A stretch of DNA of 64,000 nt from Nitrospirota bacterium. GTDB taxonomy: Bacteria; Nitrospirota; UBA9217. This document shows positions 38,179 to 48,009 of this stretch, piece by piece; within the stretch, counting starts at the first letter, position 1, and each line of letters opens with the position of its first letter. The DNA lies in contig CAWBNQ010000008.1 of NCBI GenBank assembly GCA_963790205.1, positions 1 through 64,000 of the forward strand, read 5' to 3'. The translations under genes were made by a program, and so were the position numbers. The notes under the pieces were generated by a model. The model had not been told where the DNA came from and searched no databases. It saw only the letters and a list, made by a program, of their open reading frames with translations.

Positions 38179-38724
38179 ATGAAAATTTTATTTCATATCT
38201 GCTGCGCGCCCTGCGCTCTTTACCCCCTGTCTCGGCTGAGGGAAGAAGGCATGGAACCGACGGGGTTCTTTTATAATCCGAATATCCATCCCTACCGTGA
38301 ATATAAAAAGCGGCTCGAAACGGTGAAGGAGTTTTCGCTTCGTGCGGGACTTGACGTTTTGTACCGGGACGGCTACGATCTTGACGCATTTCTTTCGCGG
38401 GTAGCCGGCGCGGGAGCCCACCGTTGCGAGCAGTGTTACCGGATGAGACTCGACGCTGCAGCGGCGGCGGCGCGAGAGCAGGGGTTCAAGGTACTGACCA
38501 CCTCTCTCCTGTACAGTAAATATCAGAAACACGACCTCATCAAGGGAATCGCGACAGAGATGGCCTTCGAGCATGGGATCGAGTTTTATTATGATGATTT
38601 TCGCCTGGGCTGGCACGAAGGCATCATGGAATCAAAGGCCATGGGCCTGTATCGGCAACAGTACTGCGGCTGTATTTACAGCGAGTGGGAACGGTATCGT
38701 GGAACAGATGGAGCGACAAGATAG
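38179..38724 (+). CDS. queH: epoxyqueuosine reductase QueH (DUF208)
   Basis: HICCAPC, YNPNIHP..EY, RCEQCY, YRQQYCGCIYS. Confidence 0.92.
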   Translation: MKILFHICCAPCALYPLSRLREEGMEPTGFFYNPNIHPYREYKKRLETVKEFSLRAGLDVLYRDGYDLDAFLSRVAGAGAHRCEQCYRMRLDAAAAAAREQGFKVLTTSLLYSKYQKHDLIKGIATEMAFEHGIEFYYDDFRLGWHEGIMESKAMGLYRQQYCGCIYSEWERYRGTDGATR

Positions 38725-38834
38725 ATTTATTTGAGCGGATGGCGCCGAGCTTCGGCGTGGCGCTACCGATGATAGTATAAAAAAGCGTGCTTTATGCAAA
38801 AACCCGCGGTCTGATTTTTACCGACGTAAGCCGT

Positions 38835-39917
38835 ATGATAAATAAAACTTTTTTCCTGTCGCTGGCTTTTCTCATGGCCCTCCCGTTTACTGCGAAAGCT
38901 GAGAACATCCGTGTTGTCGTTTTGAACAATACGAGGACGGTTACGCTGAAGTCGCAAGCCGGGCTGACGGTGGAAGGCTCTCCGTCGAACCTTAAAGAAA
39001 AGAAGATGATTTTCGGCCCATCTTTTATCGGGACGCGGCCCGTGCGCGTCAGATCGGCGGGAGAATTCATTACGGTGAACGGAAAGAGCTATCGGGGACG
39101 GATCGAGCTCAGAGAAAAAAAGAACGGTCTGCTTCTCGTCATCAATGAACTGGATATTGAGGATTATCTCCAGGGCGTGATCGCCGAGGAAATTCCCCAT
39201 GATTGGGAGCTTGAGGCGTTGAAAGCCCAGGCCGTGGCTTCCAGGACCTATGCCCTGTACCGGAAGAGAACAGCGGGTAAAAGGGCCTATCACCTCCTTG
39301 CTACGGTCAAAGGCCAGGTTTATTCAGGAAGAAGCGGGGAGCAGGCAAGGGCCGCCCGGGCTGTTCGAGAAACGGAAGGGATCGTAATTACCTATGGGGG
39401 TGAGGTCATCCCCGCCTTTTATCATGCCAGCTGCGGCGGACATACGGAAAATGCAATGGAGCTCTGGGGCATAGACGCGCCCTATCTCCGAGGCGTCGAC
39501 TGCGACTGCCAGGAGATATCCACGTACGGCCAGTGGGAAAAGCGGCTGAGCATTGCACAAGTTACGGCCGCGCTCCGCCGTCAAGGCTATCGCCTGAAAG
39601 GCATCAGCAAACTGGAGATAAACGGAATTACCGCCGCCGGCAGGGTGAAACAAGTATCGATCTATCATGCAGCGGGAATTGAATCGGTTCCCGCGGAAAC
39701 GCTGCGGACGGCGATCGGCTATGCCGTCATCCCGAGCGTTTTTTTCGAAATAGCGGTCGTAGGTAACGAGATCGTTATTTCCGGAAGGGGCATGGGGCAT
39801 GGCGTCGGTCTCTGTCAGTGGGGCGCGCAGGAAATGGCGCGGAAGGGGAAAGACTATAAGGCCATTCTTTCCCACTATTATCCGGGGACGAGTCTCATGA
39901 AAGTGGACGGTCTCTAG
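38835..39917 (+). CDS. SpoIID/LytB domain lytic transglycosylase
   Basis: Signal peptide; YRG, EDYLQGV..E, EALKAQAVASRTYA, CGGHTE, GHGVGLCQWGA, ILSHYYPG. Confidence 0.92.
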   Translation: MINKTFFLSLAFLMALPFTAKAENIRVVVLNNTRTVTLKSQAGLTVEGSPSNLKEKKMIFGPSFIGTRPVRVRSAGEFITVNGKSYRGRIELREKKNGLLLVINELDIEDYLQGVIAEEIPHDWELEALKAQAVASRTYALYRKRTAGKRAYHLLATVKGQVYSGRSGEQARAARAVRETEGIVITYGGEVIPAFYHASCGGHTENAMELWGIDAPYLRGVDCDCQEISTYGQWEKRLSIAQVTAALRRQGYRLKGISKLEINGITAAGRVKQVSIYHAAGIESVPAETLRTAIGYAVIPSVFFEIAVVGNEIVISGRGMGHGVGLCQWGAQEMARKGKDYKAILSHYYPGTSLMKVDGL

Positions 39918-39944
39918 GAGGACAAGCATCGTCGAATCATTTTC

Positions 39945-39973
39945 TTGACGTGGTGGCCATAAAAATATAAAAT
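39945..39973 (+). promoter_or_regulatory. sigma70 promoter candidate; would give a near-leaderless TPR transcript
   Basis: TTGACG-17 nt-TAAAAT ending 6 nt before ATG 39980; no SD in between. Confidence 0.45.
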
Positions 39974-39979
39974 AACGTC

Positions 39980-40720
39980 ATGCTGAAAAAATATATAACA
40001 TTCGTTCCCCTTCTGGTTGCCATGGGCGTCCTTCTCTGCATCACACTCGCCGCATACGAGCGGAACAGGGTCTACAAAACCCCTGTGACCTTATGGGCTG
40101 ATGCCTCCTCAAAATCAGTGAACAAACGCAGAACGCACGAAAATTACGGCCAGGCGCTCTCCACGGCGGGCATGTTAAGCGAAGCGTTACAGCAGTTCCA
40201 AACCGTCCTTGCCCTCAAGGACGACGGGAGCGTTCCTCCCCGCGACCTGTACCGGGAAATCGGCGTTGTCTATTTCCGGATGGGCCTCTTTGATGATTCA
40301 ATCACAGCTTGGCAGACGGGGCTGCGTTATGCTCCCGGCGACCCAAGTCTCCTCAATAACCTCTCAGTGGCTTTTATCAGAAAACAGCGCTATGCCGAAG
40401 CAGAGGCGGCGGTGCGGCAGGCGCTGACCGCCGATCCGAATATGCCCCAGCTTCTCAATACGCTCGGCGAGTTACTTATGATGAAGCGGAGCTATGAAGA
40501 AGCCCTCAAGTGTTTTCTTGCGGCGATCGAACGCGAACCCGACACCCCGTCGCGCTACTGGAATGCAGCCCTCGCTTTCGAAAGAACGGGCCGGTACGAT
40601 ATGGCTTATGATTATGCAAGCCGGTTCGCGGCCATGGAGCCGGATCCTGAGTCCCGACAGCGCACGGAGGTGTATTTGGAAAGATTGAAAAGTCTCTACT
40701 TGTCAAAACGCAAGCCCTAG
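39980..40720 (+). CDS. membrane-anchored TPR-repeat protein
   Basis: N-terminal TM, RN.V....TLW motif, multiple TPR helices. Confidence 0.82.
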   Translation: MLKKYITFVPLLVAMGVLLCITLAAYERNRVYKTPVTLWADASSKSVNKRRTHENYGQALSTAGMLSEALQQFQTVLALKDDGSVPPRDLYREIGVVYFRMGLFDDSITAWQTGLRYAPGDPSLLNNLSVAFIRKQRYAEAEAAVRQALTADPNMPQLLNTLGELLMMKRSYEEALKCFLAAIEREPDTPSRYWNAALAFERTGRYDMAYDYASRFAAMEPDPESRQRTEVYLERLKSLYLSKRKP

Positions 40721-40893
40721 GACTTCCCCGCATACTTCCTGTTTATTGTTCCGTTATTTTCTTCACTATTACCTTAAAACACCGTTGATGATTTGCCGCT
40801 CTGCATGAAACACGGTCATTTCCGCGCCGCTATTCAGTATCGGAAGACCGCCGTCCGGGATCGAAAAAACCGTACAGTACATCCGTACACCGG

Positions 40894-42024
40894 TCATGTT
40901 CCGTCCGCCATCGGGCTGAAGCTCACCCGGTTCCTGCCGGTCCGCTTTGAAAGGTAGAGAGCCTCATCCGCCTTTTTGATGAGTTCTTCGGGACTGATAT
41001 CTTTCGCATCCATGACACCGGCGACGCCGATGCTGACGGTAACCTTGCCTGCCGGATTTTCAGCATTGAAATTGAACGCCGCGTTCTCCACGGCGCTTCT
41101 CAGCCGTTCCGCCGCTTTCACGGCTTTATGCAACTCCAGTTCGGGCATGATGACGGCGAACTCTTCGCCGCCATAGCGGCAGCAAATGTCGATGGAGGCG
41201 CACCGGCACTGGGTCGTAATGATCCTGGCGAGCTGCCTCAGCACGATATCGCCTGCCTGGTGCCCGAAGCTGTCGTTGAATTGCTTAAAGTGGTCGATGT
41301 CCAGCAGGAGGAGCGACAGCGGCTTAAGCGTCCGGTCGCGTCTGTTGATCTCCTGAAGGAGCTTATCCTGGAACACCCGTCGGTTGTTCAGGCCGGTAAG
41401 ACCGTCCAACTGGGAAAGTTTCTGGGTTTTTTCGAAGAGTCTCGCTTTTTCTATGCCCGCCGCTATCTGGTGGGAGAGAATGGCCATGAAGTCCATGTCC
41501 TCGACGCTGAGGCCGTATTTTACCGGGCTGTCCATGCCGATCACGCCGATCGTGGCATTATGAACTTTGAGCGCGATCCCGATATAGGACCCTTCGCGCT
41601 TTTCTTCGTCGGCAAAATGGATAAAATCACTGAGTGTTCTGTAGAAGGCCGATAGATCGTGAATGTGGACGTGTTCGCCGTTTTCGACGATCCTCCCGGG
41701 CGTGCCTTCTCCGATGTTCAGCGTGAGCTTATGCTGGATGTTCAGCCCGCTGAAAAAGACCAACTCAAGCTTTTCCCTGTTTTCGTCGAGCAGATATATC
41801 GACATGCGTTCGACAGGGAGGGATTTTTTAATGGTCCCCATCACCTGCCGGAGCATCTCCTCAAGATCCAGGAGGGATCCGATGGTCCGCGAGATATGGT
41901 AATGGGTGTAGATCTCGTTCAGCTTTTTTTCAAGGAGATCGCCGAGGGTTTTTTCGCGGGCGCGTGCTTGTGCGATATCCTGTTCGAGCCGGGCAATGCG
42001 TTCTTTTAGCAGTTCATCGGACAT
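40894..42024 (-). CDS. GAF-GGDEF diguanylate cyclase
   Basis: GAF region, DGLTGL, DIDHFK..ND..GH..GD, RYGGEEF, ADEALY..K..GRN. Confidence 0.94.
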   Translation of the reverse strand: MSDELLKERIARLEQDIAQARAREKTLGDLLEKKLNEIYTHYHISRTIGSLLDLEEMLRQVMGTIKKSLPVERMSIYLLDENREKLELVFFSGLNIQHKLTLNIGEGTPGRIVENGEHVHIHDLSAFYRTLSDFIHFADEEKREGSYIGIALKVHNATIGVIGMDSPVKYGLSVEDMDFMAILSHQIAAGIEKARLFEKTQKLSQLDGLTGLNNRRVFQDKLLQEINRRDRTLKPLSLLLLDIDHFKQFNDSFGHQAGDIVLRQLARIITTQCRCASIDICCRYGGEEFAVIMPELELHKAVKAAERLRSAVENAAFNFNAENPAGKVTVSIGVAGVMDAKDISPEELIKKADEALYLSKRTGRNRVSFSPMADGT

Positions 42025-42131
42025 GGACGACCTTCAGAGCGAGGGATGTGATGCACAGCCGGGCCGGAAGGGACCCGGTCTGTTGCAGAAGAGCCCCTTC
42101 CGGCCGCCTGGTACAGGATTGATCACGCTCA

Positions 42132-42908
42132 TTAATTCGTTTTCGGTTGGGCCGGCTTGATGGGAATTGTTTTCGGCAGGGCCGGCCGGGGAGCACCCGC
42201 CGCCGGCTGCGCGCCGGGTTTCTGCTGCGCTGCGGGGGCTGCGGCCGGAGCCGCAGGAGCCGGACAGACGCCGATGATGATCATCGTTTTTCTGTTTTTG
42301 ATCTTAAAGCCGCGGTCGGGAAGTTTTGACGAATACGCCAGCGCGGCGAGCGACTCCTGGGTCACTCCATCCCTTACCAGATACTTGACCAGCTCAACCG
42401 ATCTTTCGGAAGCGAGCGTCAACGCGTCCTTGGCCGGGACTTTTTTCCTGCCCTTGCCGCGCGCGGCAACCGCTTCAGCAGCGTTCCCTACGTAAATATC
42501 CTTTCCCTTCAACTCGTCTCTCTTGAGGAGACCGCCCAACTTTAACCGAGTCTGGGTGTCCTTTGCAAACGTTTTTGATTCAGGGGTGTACAACGCGTCT
42601 TCCGCAATGTTTATCACGACAGCATTCCCGGCGGACACGACTTCCGCCTTGCCGTCTTTTATTTCATTGGCCAGATCTGCGTTCAGAGCCATCACCGCAG
42701 GGGCAAGCCATGCTGTTTCCCCGGCTTGCTGGGCTTCCTTCTCCTTGTATTTTTTCATCTCAGTCTTTGCCCTGTCCAGTTCAGGCATGCCTGCCTTCAA
42801 ACGCTCGTAGTCCACGGACATGGGCTGGAAGACAGTAAAATAAAACAAGGCCGCTGCGCCGAGAGCCGCTGCGAGCAGTGCTCCCAAAAGATACGTAACA
42901 ATTTTCAT
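42132..42908 (-). CDS. membrane-anchored OmpA/MotB-like protein (divergent)
   Basis: N-terminal TM, coiled coil, LASERS..LVKYL and KNRK resembling the OmpA/MotB C-domain, Pro/Ala tail. Confidence 0.6.
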   Translation of the reverse strand: MKIVTYLLGALLAAALGAAALFYFTVFQPMSVDYERLKAGMPELDRAKTEMKKYKEKEAQQAGETAWLAPAVMALNADLANEIKDGKAEVVSAGNAVVINIAEDALYTPESKTFAKDTQTRLKLGGLLKRDELKGKDIYVGNAAEAVAARGKGRKKVPAKDALTLASERSVELVKYLVRDGVTQESLAALAYSSKLPDRGFKIKNRKTMIIIGVCPAPAAPAAAPAAQQKPGAQPAAGAPRPALPKTIPIKPAQPKTN

Positions 42909-42960
42909 AAAACCCTCCTGAGTGAGAGATGCCGCTACATAATCATTGCATGGGGCCGGA

Positions 42961-44154
42961 TCATGCGAGTTTGCCGGCCGCCTGTTCGATACGGTCCAAT
43001 CCCTTGATTATATTTTCCATAGAGGTGGCATACGAAAGCCGGATGTATGCGTCCGCTCCGAAGGCATCGCCGGAAACGAGCGCCACTTTTGCCTCTTCAA
43101 GCAGATAGGCGGCGAGGTCGGAAGAGTTCGCGATGCGCCTCCCGTTGACGCTCTTGCCGAAGAGCTGCGAAACCTTTGGAAAGGCGTAAAACGCGCCCAC
43201 GGGCATGAGACAGGACATGCCCTTTATCCTGTTCAGCCGGTCAACCATATATTTTCTTCGCTTGTCGAACTCGACGTTCATGGTCCGGATAAAGTCCTGG
43301 GGCCCCCGGAGCGCTTCGACGGCCGCCTTCTGCGAGATGGAAGCGGGATTCGACGTGCTCTGGCTCTGGATGTTGGCCATGGCCGTGATGACGTCCTTGG
43401 GGCCCGCGGCATAGCCGATGCGCCAGCCGGTCATGGCGTGCGACTTTGAAACGCCGTTCACCACGATCGTCAGGTCCTTGATCTCCCGCCCGAGCGAGGC
43501 AATGCTGAAATGCTTGAACCCGTCGTAGATGAGCTTTTCGTATATTTCATCGGAGATAACGTATATCTTGTGCCTGACGGCAATTGCCGCGATCTCTTCG
43601 AGCGTTTTTTTGTCGTATGCCAGGCCGGTGGGGTTGGAAGGGCTGTTGAGCACCAGCGCTTTCGTCTTTTTCGTGATGGCCTTTTCGAGCTTCTGAGCGG
43701 AAAGCTTGAATCCTTCTTCTTCCGTGGTCTCCACGATGACCGGTACCGCGTCGTTCAGAAGCACCTGATCGGGATAGGAAACCCAGTAGGGCGAGGGGAT
43801 GATCACCTCGTCGCCGGGATCGAACAGCGCCTCGGCAATATTATAGAGACTGTGTTTCGCTCCGCAGGAGATGAGTACCTGTGACTTTTCGTACTGAAGG
43901 CCGTTGTCTTTTTTAAACTTCTCGACGACCGCCTCTTTGAGCTCGTCCGTGCCTCCCGCCGGCGTATATTTCGTGAAGCCCGACTGGATCGCCTTGATGC
44001 CTGCTTGTTTTACGTTTTCCGGCGTGTCGAAATCAGGCTCGCCCACGCCGAAATCCACGACATCGATTCCCTGTGACTTCATGGCCTTGGCCTTCGCCGC
44101 CGTTGCGAGCGTCGGTGAAGGCTTGATCGCCATAGCTCTTTTCGCAATGCCCAT
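42961..44154 (-). CDS. aspC: aspartate aminotransferase (class I/II PLP)
   Basis: GEPDFDTP, PYWVSY, NSPSNPTG, SDEIYE, SKSHAMTGWRIG. Confidence 0.92.
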   Translation of the reverse strand: MGIAKRAMAIKPSPTLATAAKAKAMKSQGIDVVDFGVGEPDFDTPENVKQAGIKAIQSGFTKYTPAGGTDELKEAVVEKFKKDNGLQYEKSQVLISCGAKHSLYNIAEALFDPGDEVIIPSPYWVSYPDQVLLNDAVPVIVETTEEEGFKLSAQKLEKAITKKTKALVLNSPSNPTGLAYDKKTLEEIAAIAVRHKIYVISDEIYEKLIYDGFKHFSIASLGREIKDLTIVVNGVSKSHAMTGWRIGYAAGPKDVITAMANIQSQSTSNPASISQKAAVEALRGPQDFIRTMNVEFDKRRKYMVDRLNRIKGMSCLMPVGAFYAFPKVSQLFGKSVNGRRIANSSDLAAYLLEEAKVALVSGDAFGADAYIRLSYATSMENIIKGLDRIEQAAGKLA

Positions 44155-44365
44155 GCTTTAAGAAAACCCTTTCCTTCTTCATAATGAGTGAAACGGATGC
44201 TAAAAAAATTTTTATCATATAAACTGAGCAAAGTCAAATAGTTTCTTCAATATTATCCGTATGCGACGGCAGGACGAGGCTCTGCCTGTCCCTTCTCGCG
44301 CAAGCGCCCTGACCATGTTGTTTATCGCTTGAAAAAACGGGCTAAATCAGGTAAAGTCTTTTTCC

Positions 44366-45589
44366 ATGACGAACGATACGAAAGCCGAAACCCCCGGCTG
44401 GCGCAGGGGCCTCACCCGGAACGTCGTTATCCTCGGATTTGTCAGTCTGCTGAACGACGGCGCATCGGAGATGATCTACCCGCTCCTGCCGGTGTTCCTC
44501 ACGGCCGTGCTCGGCGCCGGCCCCGCGGCGCTCGGGATCATCGAAGGCATTGCCGAGGCCACGGCTTCGCTGCTCAAGCTCTACTCGGGCTACCTCTCCG
44601 ACCGGGTGAAAAAACGCAAGGGCTGGATCGTCGCGGGCTATTCGATCTCGAACGTTATCAGGCCGCTCATCGCTTTCTCCACTTCATGGCTTCATGTGCT
44701 CGCGCTCCGGTTCTCGGACCGCGTGGGCAAGGGGCTTCGGACCTCGCCGCGCGACGCGATCATCGCGGACTCCACGCCCCCGGAGTTCCGGGGCAAGGCC
44801 TACGGATTTCACCGCGCCATGGACCACAGCGGGGCCATCGTGGGGCCGCTCGCCGCGACAGCGCTGCTTCTGGTCTATCACGACAACATCAAGACCATAT
44901 TTCTTCTCTCCTTCATTCCCGGCGTTTTCGCAGTGAGCATGCTTCTCTTCGGCCTTAAGGAAAAGCAGTCCGAGGGCCGGCGCGCTGCGCCGGGAACGTT
45001 CAATTTCAGGGCCGCCTGGGCGGAGATGTCCACAGGCTTTCGCAAATACCTCGGGATCATCCTCGTGTTCACGCTCGGGAACTCGACGGACGCATTCCTG
45101 CTCCTTCGGGCACAAAAGCTGGGCGTGGCCGTGACGCTCCTGCCCACGATCTGGGTCGTGCTTCATATCGTCAAGATGGGTTTCTCGGTACCGGGAGGCA
45201 TCATTTCCGACCGCATCGGCAGGAAAAAGGTGATCGTCGCCGGGTGGATCGTGTACGCGCTCGTGTACGCGGGTTTCGGCGCGGCCAGCCAGCGCTGGCA
45301 TGCATGGGCGCTGTTTGCGGTATATGGCGTTTATTTCGGATTGACCGAAGGTGTGGAAAAAGCGCTGGTTGCCGACTTCGCACCCGCGCATCTGCGCGGC
45401 TCGGCCTTCGGGCTCTATCACCTGGTCATCGGTGCCGGCGCGCTTCCCGCATCTCTGCTCTTCGGGTTAGTGTGGCAGAAACTCGGCCCCGCCGTCGCCT
45501 TCGACATGGGCGCGGTGCTGGCGCTTTTGGCAAGCGTGATGCTGTCGGCGCTTACGATCAAGAGACCGGATGCCGCAAACAACAACTGA
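44366..45589 (+). CDS. MFS transporter
   Basis: SLLNDGASEMI, DRVGKGLRTSPRDA, GFHRAMD, SDRIGRK; about 12 TM segments. Confidence 0.92.
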   Translation: MTNDTKAETPGWRRGLTRNVVILGFVSLLNDGASEMIYPLLPVFLTAVLGAGPAALGIIEGIAEATASLLKLYSGYLSDRVKKRKGWIVAGYSISNVIRPLIAFSTSWLHVLALRFSDRVGKGLRTSPRDAIIADSTPPEFRGKAYGFHRAMDHSGAIVGPLAATALLLVYHDNIKTIFLLSFIPGVFAVSMLLFGLKEKQSEGRRAAPGTFNFRAAWAEMSTGFRKYLGIILVFTLGNSTDAFLLLRAQKLGVAVTLLPTIWVVLHIVKMGFSVPGGIISDRIGRKKVIVAGWIVYALVYAGFGAASQRWHAWALFAVYGVYFGLTEGVEKALVADFAPAHLRGSAFGLYHLVIGAGALPASLLFGLVWQKLGPAVAFDMGAVLALLASVMLSALTIKRPDAANNN

Positions 45590-45875
45590 AAGAAGTTCTT
45601 CGTATGGCCGCAGAGGGCGTGGAGAGGCCCCCAAGGCGGTATCTTGAGAGGTCCGCTTTTTTTGGGTAGTTGCGTGAAATGACTTTTAGTCCCGCATTGT
45701 TTGTGCTACTATGTCCCGACGGGAAAAGACCGGCCACCCCCGCTCTGCCGAAGCTATCCACGCGTTTTTCGTCGCGTTCTGCCCCAACGCATGTTTTGGA
45801 AAGGCATCGACGGTGGTTTGATCTTGTTCGCCGCAAAGCCACGAAAGGTGTTTTTATCATGAAGGTTATAACACT

Positions 45876-46433
45876 ATGCTGACAGTATTCAGAATCGTTA
45901 TTTTCATTGTTGCATCGGCCGGCCCTATCCGCGTTTCACGCGTGCCACTGCGCAGTTATCGTGTGCACGGCTTCTACCGGTTCTTTGCATGGGAAGCCGT
46001 TTTAGCGCTTTTCCTGCTGAATCTCGACTATCGGGCTTATCAACCGTTCAGTGTGCATCACTCCCTCGCTATGGTGTGTCTGGGCATTTCCCTGTTCCTG
46101 GCGGTCCATGGGTTTCAGGTGTTGCGAAAGGTGGGCAGGCTCGATAAACAACGGAACGATCCCACCCTGCTCTGGGTCGAGAAAACGACCGTTCTCGTTA
46201 CGGTAGGGGCATATAAATTCATCCGGCATCCGCTTTACTGCTCATTTATTCTTTTGACGTGGAGCACGTTTCTGGTCGTGCCGTCCTGGCTGGGCGGTTC
46301 GCTGGCCCTGCTGGCCACGCTCTGTCTCATTGTGGCCGCCAAGGTTGAAGAACGGGAGAATATTCATTTCTTCGGTGATGCATACCGGGACTATATGAAG
46401 CGCACAAAGATGTTCATTCCCTTTGCGATCTGA
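45876..46433 (+). CDS. isoprenylcysteine carboxyl methyltransferase / PEMT family membrane protein
   Basis: LVTVGAYKFIRHPLY, EE...FGDAYRDY...T.MFIP. Confidence 0.85.
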   Translation: MLTVFRIVIFIVASAGPIRVSRVPLRSYRVHGFYRFFAWEAVLALFLLNLDYRAYQPFSVHHSLAMVCLGISLFLAVHGFQVLRKVGRLDKQRNDPTLLWVEKTTVLVTVGAYKFIRHPLYCSFILLTWSTFLVVPSWLGGSLALLATLCLIVAAKVEERENIHFFGDAYRDYMKRTKMFIPFAI

Positions 46434-46493
46434 TCAGCGTAACCGGTTTCGATTTCAGTAAGCCGCGGGTCCATCTTCTGATAGAATGTATGC

Positions 46494-46632
46494 GCCGCGC
46501 TTGCTTCGGTCCACACCGGTACATTCAGCTCAGGGCGCAATAACAAGGGTGGTTTTCGAACGTATTATCCTTTTTGCGCACTTCGCGCTTGAGCGGTTTT
46601 AACTTGCCGGGTTCCCAGGTGTTCGGGCGGGG
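46494..46632 (+). ncRNA. candidate structured RNA (6S-like or leader) upstream of ubiX
   Basis: Extended -10 TGaTAGAAT at 46479-46487, then a long imperfect hairpin at 46528-46594. Family not identified. Confidence 0.25.
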
Positions 46633-46678
46633 AAATAATCCTTCCTGATCTGCACAGATCAACGAAAGAGGCGCACCC

Positions 46679-47278
46679 ATGTCAACCTATACCGTAGCTA
46701 TCAGCGGGGCCTCCGGAGCGCCGTATGCCCTCCGGCTGCTCCAGGTGCTCGTCAAGGGCGGGCACTCCATTTATCTTTCAATCTCCGGCGACGGGCTTTC
46801 GATCCTCAAGGACGAGACGGGGCTCAAGCTCAAGGGACCGGAGTCTGAGATCCGGTCCGCACTGGAGAAGCACCTGAAAGCCAAGAAAGGGCAGATCAAT
46901 TATTTCGATGAGAACAACATGTATGCGCCGATCGCGAGCGGTTCGGTGAAAGTGGACGCCATGATCGTGATACCCTGCTCCATGAAGACGCTGGCTGCCA
47001 TTGCCCAGGGCTACGCCTCGACCCTCATCGAACGGGCCGCCGACGTGACGCTCAAGGAAAGGCGGAAACTCATCATCGTGCCGCGCGAAACGCCGCTCTC
47101 GGCCATCCATTTGAGGAATATGCTGACACTCACAGAACTCGGGTGCCACATCATTCCGGCGATGCCTGCATTCTATCAGCACCCGAAACACGTTTCGGAC
47201 ATGGTTGATTTTATCGTCGGAAGGGCGCTTGACAGCATGGGGGTCGAGAACGAGCTGTCGCCGCGGTGGGGAATCTAA
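46679..47278 (+). CDS. ubiX: flavin prenyltransferase
   Basis: SGASG, APIASGS, PCSMKTL, RAADVTLKERR, PRETP, PAMPAFY. Confidence 0.95.
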   Translation: MSTYTVAISGASGAPYALRLLQVLVKGGHSIYLSISGDGLSILKDETGLKLKGPESEIRSALEKHLKAKKGQINYFDENNMYAPIASGSVKVDAMIVIPCSMKTLAAIAQGYASTLIERAADVTLKERRKLIIVPRETPLSAIHLRNMLTLTELGCHIIPAMPAFYQHPKHVSDMVDFIVGRALDSMGVENELSPRWGI

Positions 47279-47424
47279 TACGGATTCCAAATTCCAGGCG
47301 CCAAATCCCAACTACTCTATCGAATATCCGAAATATCGATGGCCGAAACTGTTTGGGGTTTGGTGATTTGGAAATCGGCGGTTATTGAGGATTTGTTATT
47401 TGGAGCTTGAGATTTGCGGGGTTT

Positions 47425-47880
47425 CTAAGCGTTGTATTCGGTCCCGCCGCCCTCGCCGAGATTTTTCATCCAGGTGTCGATGGTCGAGGCGTCCTGCTTC
47501 GCCAGGACCTCTTCCGCCACGAACACGGGAGCCCCGATCCGGACCGCGACCGCGATGGCGTCGCTCGGGCGTGAATCGATGTGAAACTCCTTGCTGTTGT
47601 GGAGGAGGTAGAGCGAGGCGTAGAACGTATTTTCGATGAGGTCGCTGATTACCACCCGGGCGATCTCGATCTCGAGGCGGTCGAAGATATTGACGATTAG
47701 ATCATGGGTGAACGGGCGTTCCGGTTTGACGTTACCGATGGCCATGGCGATGGAATTCCCTTCCGCGGCGCCGATCCAGATAGGCAGGACCTTCTTTCCT
47801 GTTTCGTCCTTCAGCACGACGATGTAACTGCTGTTCCTGCTGTCGAACAGGATGGTATTCACATTCATCTGAACCCACAT
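47425..47880 (-). CDS. bifunctional nuclease family protein (DUF151)
   Basis: LPIWIG..E..SI, RPFTHDL, TFYA, IDSRPSDAIA.A. Start 47880 or 47892. Confidence 0.92.
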   Translation of the reverse strand: MWVQMNVNTILFDSRNSSYIVVLKDETGKKVLPIWIGAAEGNSIAMAIGNVKPERPFTHDLIVNIFDRLEIEIARVVISDLIENTFYASLYLLHNSKEFHIDSRPSDAIAVAVRIGAPVFVAEEVLAKQDASTIDTWMKNLGEGGGTEYNA

Positions 47881-47943
47881 ACCTGTATCCACCTTTAGTT
47901 AAAAGATACCACACCGCATGCGTCAAGTAAAGGGATTATTTTA

Positions 47944-47971
47944 TTGACTTTTTTCGAAGATACGATATACT
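47944..47971 (+). promoter_or_regulatory. sigma70 promoter of argS
   Basis: TTGACT-16 nt-TATACT. Confidence 0.55.
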
Positions 47972-48009
47972 TTCTCACTTGTAAACCGCGAGGAAATGCC
48001 GATCATCTC

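Noticed and set aside
45790..45860. c-di-GMP-I (GEMM) riboswitch suggested by GCCGCAAAGCCACG
   Set aside because: The upstream GGCAAA..GAAA tetraloop hairpin and the downstream CTAA receptor stem are not present.
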